From the NCBI GenBank assembly GCA_963710605.1, contig CAVQBA010000001.1, positions 1-64,000 of the forward strand: DNA of 64,000 nucleotides, read 5' to 3'. Numbering within the stretch: position 1 is the stretch's first letter; each line of letters begins with the position of its first letter. The translations under genes were made by a program, and so were the position numbers. Positions 29,061 to 39,165 of this stretch are shown here, one piece after another. Origin of the DNA: an uncultured cyanobacterium. Lineage in GTDB: Bacteria; Cyanobacteriota; Cyanobacteriia; Cyanobacteriales; Cyanobacteriaceae. The notes beneath the pieces were generated by a model that was not told where the DNA came from, ran no database searches, and was given only the letters and a program-made list of their open reading frames with translations.

Positions 29061-30311
29061 ATGAAAAAAATTCAACTAGTCTTACTAGTGATTGTTTTAG
29101 CGTTTTGTTCTTGTTTTTTAATCAATCCTAGCTCAGCTTCTGCCTATACAGAAGAAGAAAAGTTAGTTATGCAATCTTGGCGTTTAGTCAATGAGGCTTA
29201 TTTGGATGATTCTTTTAATGATCAAAATTGGTGGTTATTAAGAAAAAAATTTCTGCAAAAACCATTAGAGAATAAAGAACAAGCATATCAAGTCATCGCC
29301 GAGATGTTAGCCACATTAGATGATCCATATACTCGCTTGTTACCACCGCAAAAATATCAAAATCTACAAATTACTACCTCAGGAGAATTATCGGGTATTG
29401 GTTTACAAATTAGTATCAATTCTGAGAATAATCATATCGAAGTAGTTAGCCCTTTACCCGGCTCTCCTGCTGATGTTGCAGGAATAAAACCACGCGATCG
29501 AGTTTTAAAAATAGATGGTATTGTTGCTGATACTCTTAGTCTAGATGAAGCCGCTAGCAAAATTCGGGGCGAGGCGGGTACTTATGTTGAAATTGATCTT
29601 CAATCTAATGCTGATTCTACTGTCAATCATTACAACATTCTTCGGGATACACTAGCTTTAAGTTCGGTACTTTCTCATTTAGATACCTCTGTCTCTGATT
29701 ATCCGATCGGTTATTTGAGACTTAATCAGTTTAGTGGTAGTGCTACTCATGATCTTCAAAATGCGATCGCTGAACTTGAAACAGAAGGTGCTAAAGCATA
29801 TGTTTTAGATTTAAGAAATAATCCAGGTGGTTTATTACAAGCAGGTATCGAAATTGCTAGATTATGGCTACCCGAAAGTACCGTTGTTTATACAGTCAAT
29901 CGTCAGGGTATTTTTGGTAGTTATACCTCTAATGGTAATCGGATGACTGATGCACCGTTAGCTGTTTTAGTTAATGGTGGCTCGGCAAGTTCAAGCGAAA
30001 TTGTTGCAGGGGCATTAAAAGATAACGATCGAGCTGTATTAGTCGGTGAAAAAACTTTTGGGAAAGGTTTGATTCAATCCTTGTTTGAACTGCCTGATGG
30101 GGCAGGAATAGCTATCACTGTAGCTAAATACGAAACTCCTAATCATGAAGATATTAATAAAAAAGGTATCTTACCCGATGTTGAGGTAAATCAAGAGCCG
30201 ATTAGTTATTTTGAAATTACGACTGAAAAAGATCAACAGTATCAAAAAGCGGTTGATTATTTAATTAATTCAGAAAAAGGAGCAACTACTATGATTACTC
30301 AAAAAAATTAA
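29061..30311 (+). CDS. ctpA: Carboxyl-terminal processing protease (D1-processing CtpA type)
   Basis: PDZ plus S41: LDDPYT, DLRNNPGGLL, SASSSE, TFGKG; N-terminal WRLVN..D.SFN.QNWW. Confidence 0.88.
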   Translation: MKKIQLVLLVIVLAFCSCFLINPSSASAYTEEEKLVMQSWRLVNEAYLDDSFNDQNWWLLRKKFLQKPLENKEQAYQVIAEMLATLDDPYTRLLPPQKYQNLQITTSGELSGIGLQISINSENNHIEVVSPLPGSPADVAGIKPRDRVLKIDGIVADTLSLDEAASKIRGEAGTYVEIDLQSNADSTVNHYNILRDTLALSSVLSHLDTSVSDYPIGYLRLNQFSGSATHDLQNAIAELETEGAKAYVLDLRNNPGGLLQAGIEIARLWLPESTVVYTVNRQGIFGSYTSNGNRMTDAPLAVLVNGGSASSSEIVAGALKDNDRAVLVGEKTFGKGLIQSLFELPDGAGIAITVAKYETPNHEDINKKGILPDVEVNQEPISYFEITTEKDQQYQKAVDYLINSEKGATTMITQKN

Positions 30312-30402
30312 TCGAAGGTTTTTTTTGGTAATGAATAAAGATAAGATGCGATCGTTTTTAGGTTGAATGATATTCAACCCCTACGTAAGGATATTAACAA
30401 TC

Positions 30403-30565
30403 TAACGTTATTTCAAATGAGAATCAAACAATTAATTGTCTTGATGTTTTAGTTTAATTTATTAAACGACACTCTTTAGCCTTGTAATTAAGACTCAAGG
30501 TGGTTACTAAACTTATACCTTCAATATAATTATCACTGTCTTAATTTTAATTTGAACGGCGATTA
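30403..30565. repeat. Degenerate MITE-like element (family 2), inverted copy of 51151..51314
   Basis: Shares AGTTTAATTTATTAAACGA, TTAGCCTTG..TCAAGG and CTGTCTTAATT with the reverse complement of the 51.2 kb element. Confidence 0.6.
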
Positions 30566-30647
30566 TCTAATTTTTACCTTAATTTGATTAAGGCAAATCG
30601 ATCGAATAATTTTGGTTAGCCTTATATAGCATTTCTCACAATCATAA

Positions 30648-30684
30648 AAAAGATGAATCCAATTATTAATCAGATTCATCTTTT
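30648..30684. terminator. Possible bidirectional terminator between convergent ctpA and desC
   Basis: AAAAGATGAATC..GATTCATCTTTT inverted repeat with A/T flanks; the loop is large. Confidence 0.45.
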
Positions 30685-30802
30685 CTTTTTTTAGTTAAGG
30701 AAACTTTAATTATTAGTTGGGATGTTAATCACAAAAAAATAGTTTTTCTTTACCCGACAATTTCTTTAGCAAAATTAAACCTAATACCCAACCTCAAAAC
30801 CT

Positions 30803-31630
30803 CTACTCTTTAACAGGTACAGGGGCTAGTTTAATGTTTTTCGCTAAACCAAAAATTGAGAGAAATTTAATCGTTAACCAAGTTATATCAACTTCCCACC
30901 ACTGTAAACCGTGACGAGCAGAATATTGATAAGCGTGGTGATTATTGTGCCAACCTTCACCGAAAGTTAAAATAGCAACCCACCAACAATTACGGGAATG
31001 ATCATTAGAGTCATGACTAACATAACCAAACTTGTGTGTAGCACTATTGACAAACCAAGTTGCGTGGAAAACTAACACTAAACGAACGAAAATCCCCCAA
31101 ATTACCATTGACCATCCGCCCCACCATAACAGAAGTAATCCTAAAACTACTTGAACGGGAATGAAATACTTTTCGCAAAACTGATAAAATTTATCATTTT
31201 GGATATCTTTGGTGTATTTAGGTACATCTGCATTAGCAGGGTTTTGAATAAACATCCAACCTAAATGACTCCACCAAAAACCTTTATTAGAATCATGGGG
31301 ATCGCCATCATGGTCAGAATACTTGTGGTGAATACGGTGTAAACCAACCCAAGAAATAGGGCCACCTTGACAGGCTAACGCTCCACAAAAAATGAGGATA
31401 TACTCTACCCATTTAGGAGTTTCAAAACTGCGGTGAGTTGCTAAACGGTGATAACCTAAAGTAATACCTATACCAGCGGTTATCCAGTAAAGAAAAGCTG
31501 CTACACCGATCGCTTTCCAGCTAAAATTGCTAGGTAAAAAGGCGAGTAAGGCTACCGAATGGATAAAAGCCATGTAAATAATAATATGCCATGCTGGAGG
31601 TATCTTTTCTGAGGTTGTTGTAATGGTCAT
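30803..31630 (-). CDS. desC: Delta-9 acyl-lipid desaturase
   Basis: His boxes HRLATH, HRIHH, HNNHH; FGEGWHNNHH. Confidence 0.93.
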   Translation of the reverse strand: MTITTTSEKIPPAWHIIIYMAFIHSVALLAFLPSNFSWKAIGVAAFLYWITAGIGITLGYHRLATHRSFETPKWVEYILIFCGALACQGGPISWVGLHRIHHKYSDHDGDPHDSNKGFWWSHLGWMFIQNPANADVPKYTKDIQNDKFYQFCEKYFIPVQVVLGLLLLWWGGWSMVIWGIFVRLVLVFHATWFVNSATHKFGYVSHDSNDHSRNCWWVAILTFGEGWHNNHHAYQYSARHGLQWWEVDITWLTIKFLSIFGLAKNIKLAPVPVKE

Positions 31631-31950
31631 TATAATGATCGAAATCTACTAATATTGTTAATTGATTGAGTACGATAAAATTACGTTTTTTTGAGATAAG
31701 TTTTGATTTGCTAAATCAGCTAAAAAATCGCAAAAAAATTTTTGGAAAATAGCCTTTTCTAATCAATTACATTAGTGCTATTAATGTTTATTGACTATTT
31801 AACTAATATATCACTTTTCAAATTATAAACTATAAAATGTCATAATTTACGATCGTCACCTAAAATAATTCTTAGGATTAAAAGCTGGTTACATTTAAGC
31901 AAATATAAACAGACAAATTAAGCAAAAAAAATAGTTAACAAATTTTAAAA

Positions 31951-33258
31951 ATGAACAGTAATTTTTCGACTCTTTCTTTAAGTCAAATTCAAGAAAAACT
32001 TAATCAATTAGATTTGAATTCTCTTGAAATTCTAGAATGGGAAGACACGAATCAGTGGCAGAAAAAGATTAACAAGTTAAATCAAACAAAATGTCTTTCT
32101 CGCTACTTAGTTATCCCAAATACCAAAGATATGTTATCACAATTTATGAAGGTTTGTGGTGAACAACAATGGAGAATTTACCCTATAGGTAATGGGAGTA
32201 AAATAAGTTGGGGGAAATCGCCTAATGAGTTTGATTTTTTTGTAAGTACTGTCAAGCAAAATAATATTATTGAACATGCTGTGGATGATTTGATTATAAC
32301 AGTTGAATCAGGAATGACAATTAATGAGTTACAAAAGTACTTATCTACTCACGGACAGTTTTTCCCGATCGATGCCTGTTATCAAGAGGAGGCAACCATA
32401 GGTGGAATCGTGGCTACAGCGAATGCAGGTAGTTGGCGACAACGTTATGGTGGGGTAAGAGATTTGATTTTAGGTATTTCTTTTTTACGTAGCGATGGGC
32501 AAGAGGTGAAAGCAGGGGGAAAGGTAGTTAAAAATGTAGCAGGATACGACTTAATGAAGTTGTTTACAGGTTCTTATGGTAATTTAGGATTAATTACCTC
32601 AGTGACTCTACGTTTGTTTCCTATACCCAGTGATTCGGCGACTATTTTGGTGACAGGAGAAATAGAAGCGATCAAAAAACTACGGACAACGATCGTTTGT
32701 TCTGGTTTGACTCCTACTTGTGCAGATTTACTTTCTCCTTCTATTGTCCAAAACTTCGATTTAGGCAACAATTTAGCTTTATTACTTCGTTTTCAAAGTA
32801 TTAGTGCTAGTGTCAAACAACAACTCTCACAAATCCAAACATGGGCTACGGAGTTAGATTTAACCACTCACACTTATCAATCTGAGGCAGAATTACAGTT
32901 GTGGCAAAAAACTAAACAGCTAAGTAGTATTACTACGGATAATAAAAATATACTGTGTAAAATTGGCATTATTTCTAACCAAACAGTTGATTTTTTAGCT
33001 AATTGTCAAGGTGATTGTGTTTTAAATATTAGTACAGGTGTTGGTTATGGTGTTTTCCCTACTTCAACAAGTGTCACTGCTTTAAAAAATTTACGGGAAT
33101 TATGTGAAGAAAATTCAGGTTTTTTAACTATTTTAGAAGCTAATGTTGAGATAAAAGAAAAAATCGAGCCTTGGGGTTATGTTGGGAATATTCAAAGGAT
33201 GATGCGGATATTAAAAGAAAAGTTTGACCCTCAAGGTATTTTTATCGATCGAGTATAG
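31951..33258 (+). CDS. glcE: FAD-binding oxidoreductase, glycolate oxidase subunit GlcE-like
   Basis: ATIGGIVAT, RYGGVRD, GGKVVKNVAGYDLMKL, KFDP. Confidence 0.85.
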   Translation: MNSNFSTLSLSQIQEKLNQLDLNSLEILEWEDTNQWQKKINKLNQTKCLSRYLVIPNTKDMLSQFMKVCGEQQWRIYPIGNGSKISWGKSPNEFDFFVSTVKQNNIIEHAVDDLIITVESGMTINELQKYLSTHGQFFPIDACYQEEATIGGIVATANAGSWRQRYGGVRDLILGISFLRSDGQEVKAGGKVVKNVAGYDLMKLFTGSYGNLGLITSVTLRLFPIPSDSATILVTGEIEAIKKLRTTIVCSGLTPTCADLLSPSIVQNFDLGNNLALLLRFQSISASVKQQLSQIQTWATELDLTTHTYQSEAELQLWQKTKQLSSITTDNKNILCKIGIISNQTVDFLANCQGDCVLNISTGVGYGVFPTSTSVTALKNLRELCEENSGFLTILEANVEIKEKIEPWGYVGNIQRMMRILKEKFDPQGIFIDRV

Positions 33259-33260
33259 AA

Positions 33261-33342
33261 AGCTATAAGCTATAAGCTATAAGAGTTAAGAGTTAAGAGT
33301 TAAGAGTTAAGAGTTAAGAGTTAAGAGTTAAGAGTTAAGAGT
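33261..33342 (+). repeat. Heptamer STRR array (TAAGCTA)~3 then (TAAGAGT)9
   Basis: Read directly from the sequence. Confidence 0.9.
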
Positions 33343-33395
33343 CTTGATAGTTGAAACAGACGTTTGAGACAACAATTAATACTTCTTACTCATTA

Positions 33396-33483
33396 CGGTG
33401 GAAGCCCGCTCAGATGCGTAAGACGCAAGGGAATGCTCACTCCTGACGGGAAGGCTGACCAAGACGGGAATGTCCACCAAGAC
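33396..33483 (+). repeat. Nested SDR-like structured repeats within an ACTCATT heptamer array
   Basis: CGGTGGAAGCCC start; three GGGAA-N-type 3' ends, two of them ending CCAAGAC. Confidence 0.75.
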
Positions 33484-33503
33484 ACTCATTACTCATTACT
33501 CAT

Positions 33504-35141
33504 TTAAATGGGGCAATCTAAACCTTGTGATTGACGAGAAAAACGAATATTCTCACTATAATCAACAGGGCAATCTATGACAGAAGGTACATTTTGAGCT
33601 AAAGCTTCTTTTAGAGTAGGAATCAAATCTTCGGCACTTTCTACTCGATAACCTTTCAACCCCATACTTTCGGCAAATTTAACAAAATCAGGGTTAGTAA
33701 AATCAACAAAACTAGTACTACCAAATTGATTCATTTGTTTCCAACCAATCAAACCATAACTATTATCATTAAAAATCAAAGTCACAAAAGGAGTTTTAAT
33801 CCGTGAAGCTGTTTCTAACTCTTGACAATTCATCATAAAACCACCATCTCCTGTTACTGCCACCACATTTTTATCTGGATAGATTAATTTAGCCGCTAAT
33901 GCCCCCGGAATCGAAAAACCCATCGCCGCAAAACCGTTAGAAATAAGACAAGTATTCGGAGATTCACCGTGATAATTTCTTGCCATCCACATTTTATGCG
34001 CACCCACATCGGAGATAACAATATCTTCAGAATTCATTACCTGTCTTAAGTCGTAGATAATTTTTTGTGGTTTGACAGGAAAACCTTCATCATCAGCATA
34101 TTTTTCATAATCTTCTTTTATTTCTGTCCGTAAGCTAGTGGCGAAGGGCTTTTCTTTTCCTGTGCGATCGCATCTACTAACTATTTCATCTAAAGCATCA
34201 GCGATATCACCAACTACTTCTACTTTAGGAATATAACTACTATCAATCTGCGCAGGTGTTGCGGCAATATGAATAATTGGTGTTGTACCGTCTAGATTCC
34301 ATCGTTTAGGAGAATATTCAATTAAATCATAACCGATCGCAATAATAAGATCACTTTGTTCAAAAGCACAATTAATAAAATCTCGTTGTTGTAACCCAAC
34401 TGTCCACAAAGCCAATGGATGTAAATAAGGAATAACACCTTTACCCATAAAAGTATTAGCAACGGGAATTTGTAAACGGGTAGCAAATTCGGTTAAAGCA
34501 TCTGCCGCCCCCGCACGAATAGCACCATTTCCGACTAAGATTAAAGGATTTTTAGCTTTAGCGATCGCAATAGCGGCATTATTAACACTACCATAACTCG
34601 CATAAAACTTCTCCCGATTATCTTTAGTTAACGGTTTTCCTTCTACTTCCATCGCCGCTATATTTTCTGGTAAATCGATATGCACTGCCCCTGGTTTTTC
34701 TTTTTCGGCTATCTTAAAAGCCTTACGAACCACTTCAGGAGTAATACCGGGGCGAACAATTTGTGTATTCCATTTAGTTATCGGGGCAAACATAGCCACT
34801 AAATCAAGATATTGATGAGATTCAATGTGCATTCTATCCGTACCTACTTGCCCTGTTATCGCTACTAAAGGAGCACCGTCTAAATTAGCGTCTGCAACCC
34901 CCGTAATCAGGTTGGTCGCCCCCGGACCTAATGTAGAAAGACACACGCCTGCTTTGCCCGTTAAACGTCCGTAAACATCAGCCATAAAAGCCGCACCTTG
35001 TTCATGACGAGTGGTAATGAAACGAATCGAAGAATTTTTTAATGCTTCTAAGATATCGAGGTTTTCTTCACCGGGTAAACCAAAAATATATTCTACACCT
35101 TCGTTTTCTAAACACTGAATTAATAATTCGGCTGTATTCAT
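33504..35141 (-). CDS. Acetolactate-synthase-like ThDP enzyme; probably cyanobacterial 2-oxoglutarate decarboxylase (Sll1981 type)
   Basis: MNTAELLIQCLENEGVEYIFGLPGEENL, RHEQGAAFMA, GDGGFMMN..N ThDP motif. Confidence 0.85.
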   Translation of the reverse strand: MNTAELLIQCLENEGVEYIFGLPGEENLDILEALKNSSIRFITTRHEQGAAFMADVYGRLTGKAGVCLSTLGPGATNLITGVADANLDGAPLVAITGQVGTDRMHIESHQYLDLVAMFAPITKWNTQIVRPGITPEVVRKAFKIAEKEKPGAVHIDLPENIAAMEVEGKPLTKDNREKFYASYGSVNNAAIAIAKAKNPLILVGNGAIRAGAADALTEFATRLQIPVANTFMGKGVIPYLHPLALWTVGLQQRDFINCAFEQSDLIIAIGYDLIEYSPKRWNLDGTTPIIHIAATPAQIDSSYIPKVEVVGDIADALDEIVSRCDRTGKEKPFATSLRTEIKEDYEKYADDEGFPVKPQKIIYDLRQVMNSEDIVISDVGAHKMWMARNYHGESPNTCLISNGFAAMGFSIPGALAAKLIYPDKNVVAVTGDGGFMMNCQELETASRIKTPFVTLIFNDNSYGLIGWKQMNQFGSTSFVDFTNPDFVKFAESMGLKGYRVESAEDLIPTLKEALAQNVPSVIDCPVDYSENIRFSRQSQGLDCPI

Positions 35142-35216
35142 AATCATCAACCCCTTTTTATCTATTTTATTGATTTAGTTTAATCGGCTTGAGATATCCT
35201 AGAAGAAGAAGTAGTA

Positions 35217-35909
35217 GTGGTAGTCGTAAAAAATGATCTTCAAAAATCGATCGTTTATCCTTTACTATTTCTGGTGAAAAAAACTTTTGTGCTAATAATT
35301 CGTGTGAATACTAATAACCAATCTGTAACTTCTTCTTCTACTCCTAATTCTCACTATTTGATTGATCATCCAGCGATAGGAATACCTCATCATCCTTTGC
35401 AATACCGAGCTATTGGAGTAATTGAGGGTGTTTATTCTCCTGCTGATAATATTATCACTAAAGGGGTCATGACTACATCGCAAGGGGAAGAATTTGAAGC
35501 TGTTTTATTAGCTAAAACAATTAGTGCTGTCAAAAACCATATTGACTTAAAGCAAAAACAAAATTGGGTTGTTTATCCTCATACTATACCTGATACTGAT
35601 GATATTCATTTTCAGATAGCGGGGGTTTATTATCCTTCTCCATTGCAATCAATTCCTTTACCTGATAATTATTTTTCCATTCGAGGCGAGGTTGTTTATT
35701 CTTCTAAGTACAAGCAGAAGATAGTTGTACAGGTGTTAGATAATAATTTTGTTTATCGTCACAAGGCTAGAAGTTTTAAACTAGAAATTAAAGGTAAAAT
35801 TCCTGATAATCGTATTAAACATTTTTTTTCTTTAAGTGCAGGTTTAGAAAATAAAACTATTGTTGTTTATGATTATATGGATTTAGGTTTTGTCGCTGTC
35901 AATGTTTAA
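35217..35909 (+). CDS. Conserved hypothetical cyanobacterial protein (start uncertain)
   Basis: QYRAIG, WVVYP, YFSIRGEV motifs. Confidence 0.75.
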   Translation: MVVVKNDLQKSIVYPLLFLVKKTFVLIIRVNTNNQSVTSSSTPNSHYLIDHPAIGIPHHPLQYRAIGVIEGVYSPADNIITKGVMTTSQGEEFEAVLLAKTISAVKNHIDLKQKQNWVVYPHTIPDTDDIHFQIAGVYYPSPLQSIPLPDNYFSIRGEVVYSSKYKQKIVVQVLDNNFVYRHKARSFKLEIKGKIPDNRIKHFFSLSAGLENKTIVVYDYMDLGFVAVNV

Positions 35910-36057
35910 TACAAGCCTATCGTCTGAAAGTATCGATTCCAAACTTTAATCTTGATAATTAACCTCTAAAAGAGGTTACTACAGCTTTCCCCCTCAAAAA
36001 TTTGAGACAGTCTTAACAGCAGGGTATTTAAAAACAAGAAGGAAGATAATTGTCTAA

Positions 36058-36288
36058 CTAGTCGTTGCAATTATTTTCCCAAGTTTCTGGTTGTAATAAA
36101 TCAATGACATGATCTCGGAGTAGAAATTCGTGTAATTCTAATTCTAACTCGATCGATCGCCATTCTCCTGCTGGGATAAATTGACAGATAGCATAAATAG
36201 GTTGCTGACGACTTAATAAACCTCTATTAACTAATTCTTTAGCTTGATTTTTAATTGTCTTGATTGAATGGATGGCATTATTTTGCAT
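36058..36288 (-). CDS. DUF4327-like protein
   Basis: LSRQQPIY..IPAGEW..IE.ELE..FLLRD..DL..E.W. Confidence 0.8.
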   Translation of the reverse strand: MQNNAIHSIKTIKNQAKELVNRGLLSRQQPIYAICQFIPAGEWRSIELELELHEFLLRDHVIDLLQPETWENNCND

Positions 36289-36630
36289 CTCAACTTCACC
36301 TTTTTTTTAGTTTAATTTAAATTAATAATTTTCAATGATTTTTACAATTTTTAATTAACCTTAATCTTTGTCATCAGTAAAGGTCAACTACAATTTAAAT
36401 TATATTCAATTATCTTCATGTTAACTTATTCTTTTAATTTATGGTGAAAATCTTAAGATTTAATTTCTTTAACTATTTAAGCTTAATTTATGTTTAAATT
36501 AATAATCAATAATCAAATTTTTTACCGATTGCTTATTATCTTTATAAGTATTGATTTTTATCTATGAGTTATTTATCAGTATTGATGATTGTTATATAAT
36601 ACTTATAAACTGTCTTAAATCGCCAACGTT

Positions 36631-37536
36631 ATGAGCAAAAAAGCATTATTACTGATTAATCGTCATTCACGTAAAGGACAGAATTCATTACCTTTAGCCG
36701 TCGAATATTTTTATGATCATGGTTTAGAGTTAATTATCAAACCGATTAAAGATTTCAGTGAATTAGGGGTAGTAGTCAGAGAATATGCCCCAAGAATTGA
36801 TTGTGTTATCGTTGGTGGTGGTGATGGTACACTTAATGCGATCGTTGATAGTTTAGTTGAAACAAATTTACCGTTAGGTATTCTACCCTTAGGCACAGCT
36901 AATGATTTAGCACGAACTTTAGGCATACCCATAAATATCAAACAAGCTTGTGATGTCATTGCTAATGGTATGCTCAAATCGATCGATTTAGGATGTGTGA
37001 ATGGTAAATACTTTTTTAATGTTGCCAGTATCGGTTTAAGTGTCGATATTACCAACAAATTAACAGGTTGTTTAAAAAAACGTTGGGGTATCTTAGCTTA
37101 TGGAATCACAGCGTTACAAGTAGTTAGTAAAACTCGTCCGTTTAGAGCTACGATTAAAGTCGATGATCAAGAGTTACCGATTAAAACAGTTCAAATTGCG
37201 ATCGGTAATGGAAAATATTATGGTGGTGGAATGGCAATTGCTGAGGATGCGGCAATTGATGATCAAAGATTAGATTTATATAGTATTGAATTAAAACGTT
37301 GGTGGCAAGTTTTCCCGATGATTTGGCGGTTACCTAAAGGTGAGCATGAGGATTTAAAATGGGTAAGAACGATCGAAGGTAAAGAAATTGAAATTCATAC
37401 CACTAAATCATATGATATCAATACCGACGGTGAAATAACTACCTTTACCCCAGCTAAATTTAAAGTTGTGCCTCACGCCTTACAAGTATATGTACCTCGG
37501 AAGAATGGAGAATTGAAAATTGAGAATGGAGAATAA
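36631..37536 (+). CDS. YegS/diacylglycerol kinase-family lipid kinase
   Basis: GGGDGTLN, PLGTANDLAR, NGKYYGGG, DGE. Confidence 0.92.
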   Translation: MSKKALLLINRHSRKGQNSLPLAVEYFYDHGLELIIKPIKDFSELGVVVREYAPRIDCVIVGGGDGTLNAIVDSLVETNLPLGILPLGTANDLARTLGIPINIKQACDVIANGMLKSIDLGCVNGKYFFNVASIGLSVDITNKLTGCLKKRWGILAYGITALQVVSKTRPFRATIKVDDQELPIKTVQIAIGNGKYYGGGMAIAEDAAIDDQRLDLYSIELKRWWQVFPMIWRLPKGEHEDLKWVRTIEGKEIEIHTTKSYDINTDGEITTFTPAKFKVVPHALQVYVPRKNGELKIENGE

Positions 37537-37565
37537 AAGACGTTGCAGTACTAATAGTAGTAATA

Positions 37566-37739
37566 GTAGGATGGGTTAGGCGTGTATCCATTATCAACTT
37601 CAACAAATAGATGAATAACGATTGCCGTAACCCATCATCAATAAATTTGTCTTTAGATACATACATATTTGTGTTGGGTTTCGCTTTTATTTTATATTTT
37701 GTTTATATAACAAAGCTTTGTTTGCTCAACCCAACCTAC
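37566..37739. repeat. REPIN-like composite of two inverted GTAG-type REPs
   Basis: GTAGGATGGGTTAG..GTAACCCATC and GTTGGGTTTCGC..GCTCAACCCAACCTAC. Confidence 0.7.
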
Positions 37740-37801
37740 TGGCTACTTTCTTTTGTTTAGGTAAAGCTACTTCTTACTCATTACTTCTTACTCAATTTAG
37801 G

Positions 37802-38893
37802 TTAAACGTTATTAAGAAATAACATCACATCTCCTTCTTTGACAATATACTCTTTACCTTCAGAGCGGACTAATCCTTTTTCCTTAGCCGCTTTCATAGT
37901 ACCATTTTCGACTAAATCTTGGTAAGAAACAGTTTCAGCACGAATAAAACCTCTTTCAAAATCACTATGAATTACACCCGCGGCTTGAGGTGCAGTCATT
38001 CCTGCTACAATTGTCCATGCACGGCTTTCGGTTTCTCCTGTGGTGAGGTAAGTACGTAAACCTAACAATTCATAGGTCGCCCGAATTAAAGATTGTAAAC
38101 CACCTTCGGTGACACCTAATGATTCTAAAAATTCGGCTTTGTCTTCAGGAGATAAATCAATCAACTCTGATTCTACCTGTGCAGAAATAACCACAACTTT
38201 AGCACTTTCCTCCGCGGCTTTTGCTTTTACTTCTTCTACCCATTTATTGCCCTCGGCTAAATCTTCATCACTGACATTAGTTGCATAAATAACGGGTTTA
38301 GAAGTAAGTAAACCCATGGGTTTAATAATCTCTTCTTCTTCTTCGGTTAATTCAACTAATCTAGCAGGTTGCCCTTGATTAAGTATTGGTAATATTTTCT
38401 CTAAGACAGCTAATTCATCGGCTAAGGAGTTATCTTTTTTGGCTTGTTTTCTTAATCTTTCAGTCCGTTTTTCGACTTGGGCTAAATCGGCTAATGATAA
38501 TTCTAAATTAATTATATCCATATCTCTGACAGGATCAATCGAGCCTGAGACATGAATAATATCATCATCTTCAAAACATCTTACTACATGAACGATCGCA
38601 TCAACTTCTCTAATATTAGCTAAAAATTGATTTCCTAAACCTTCACCTTTACTCGCACCTTTAACTAAACCGGCAATATCAACAAACTCCATCCTCGTTG
38701 GTACAATTTTGACTGAATTAGATATTTTGGCTAAGACATCTAAACGCTCATCAGGTACAGCTACTACCCCCACATTTGGTTCAATAGTACAAAAGGGAAA
38801 ATTAGCCGCCGTGGCTTTAGCGTTAGCGACTACGGTATTAAATAAGGTTGATTTACCGACATTTGGTAAACCGACAATTCCTGCTTTTAACAT
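37802..38893 (-). CDS. ychF: Redox-regulated ATPase YchF
   Basis: GIVGLPNVGKST, ANFPFCTIEPN, DIAGLVKGAS.GEGLGN, HSDFERGFIRAE. Confidence 0.96.
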   Translation of the reverse strand: MLKAGIVGLPNVGKSTLFNTVVANAKATAANFPFCTIEPNVGVVAVPDERLDVLAKISNSVKIVPTRMEFVDIAGLVKGASKGEGLGNQFLANIREVDAIVHVVRCFEDDDIIHVSGSIDPVRDMDIINLELSLADLAQVEKRTERLRKQAKKDNSLADELAVLEKILPILNQGQPARLVELTEEEEEIIKPMGLLTSKPVIYATNVSDEDLAEGNKWVEEVKAKAAEESAKVVVISAQVESELIDLSPEDKAEFLESLGVTEGGLQSLIRATYELLGLRTYLTTGETESRAWTIVAGMTAPQAAGVIHSDFERGFIRAETVSYQDLVENGTMKAAKEKGLVRSEGKEYIVKEGDVMLFLNNV

Positions 38894-39165
38894 AGATTGA
38901 TAGTTAGTAATTGATAATTGATAATTGATAATTGATAATTAAAGTTTTCTCAACTTTCATCCTGAGGAAGTAAAAGTAAGTTTTAATTAGATATTCGATC
39001 GATCATCTATTATAAACCGAAGTAGATGGTTGCTAGTAATACTTTTCTTACTTACTAGAATAAGTTTGTGTTTGAAAAACGATCGTTTCTTCTGCTTTTT
39101 GTTTTACTGACAAATTTACTATTTGTTAAAGGGTGTAAGCCTTACACCCCTACAAATCAATAATT

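Noticed and set aside
37460-37666. 68-aa ORF
   Set aside because: Made of REPIN and heptamer repeat sequence and overlaps the kinase 3' end.
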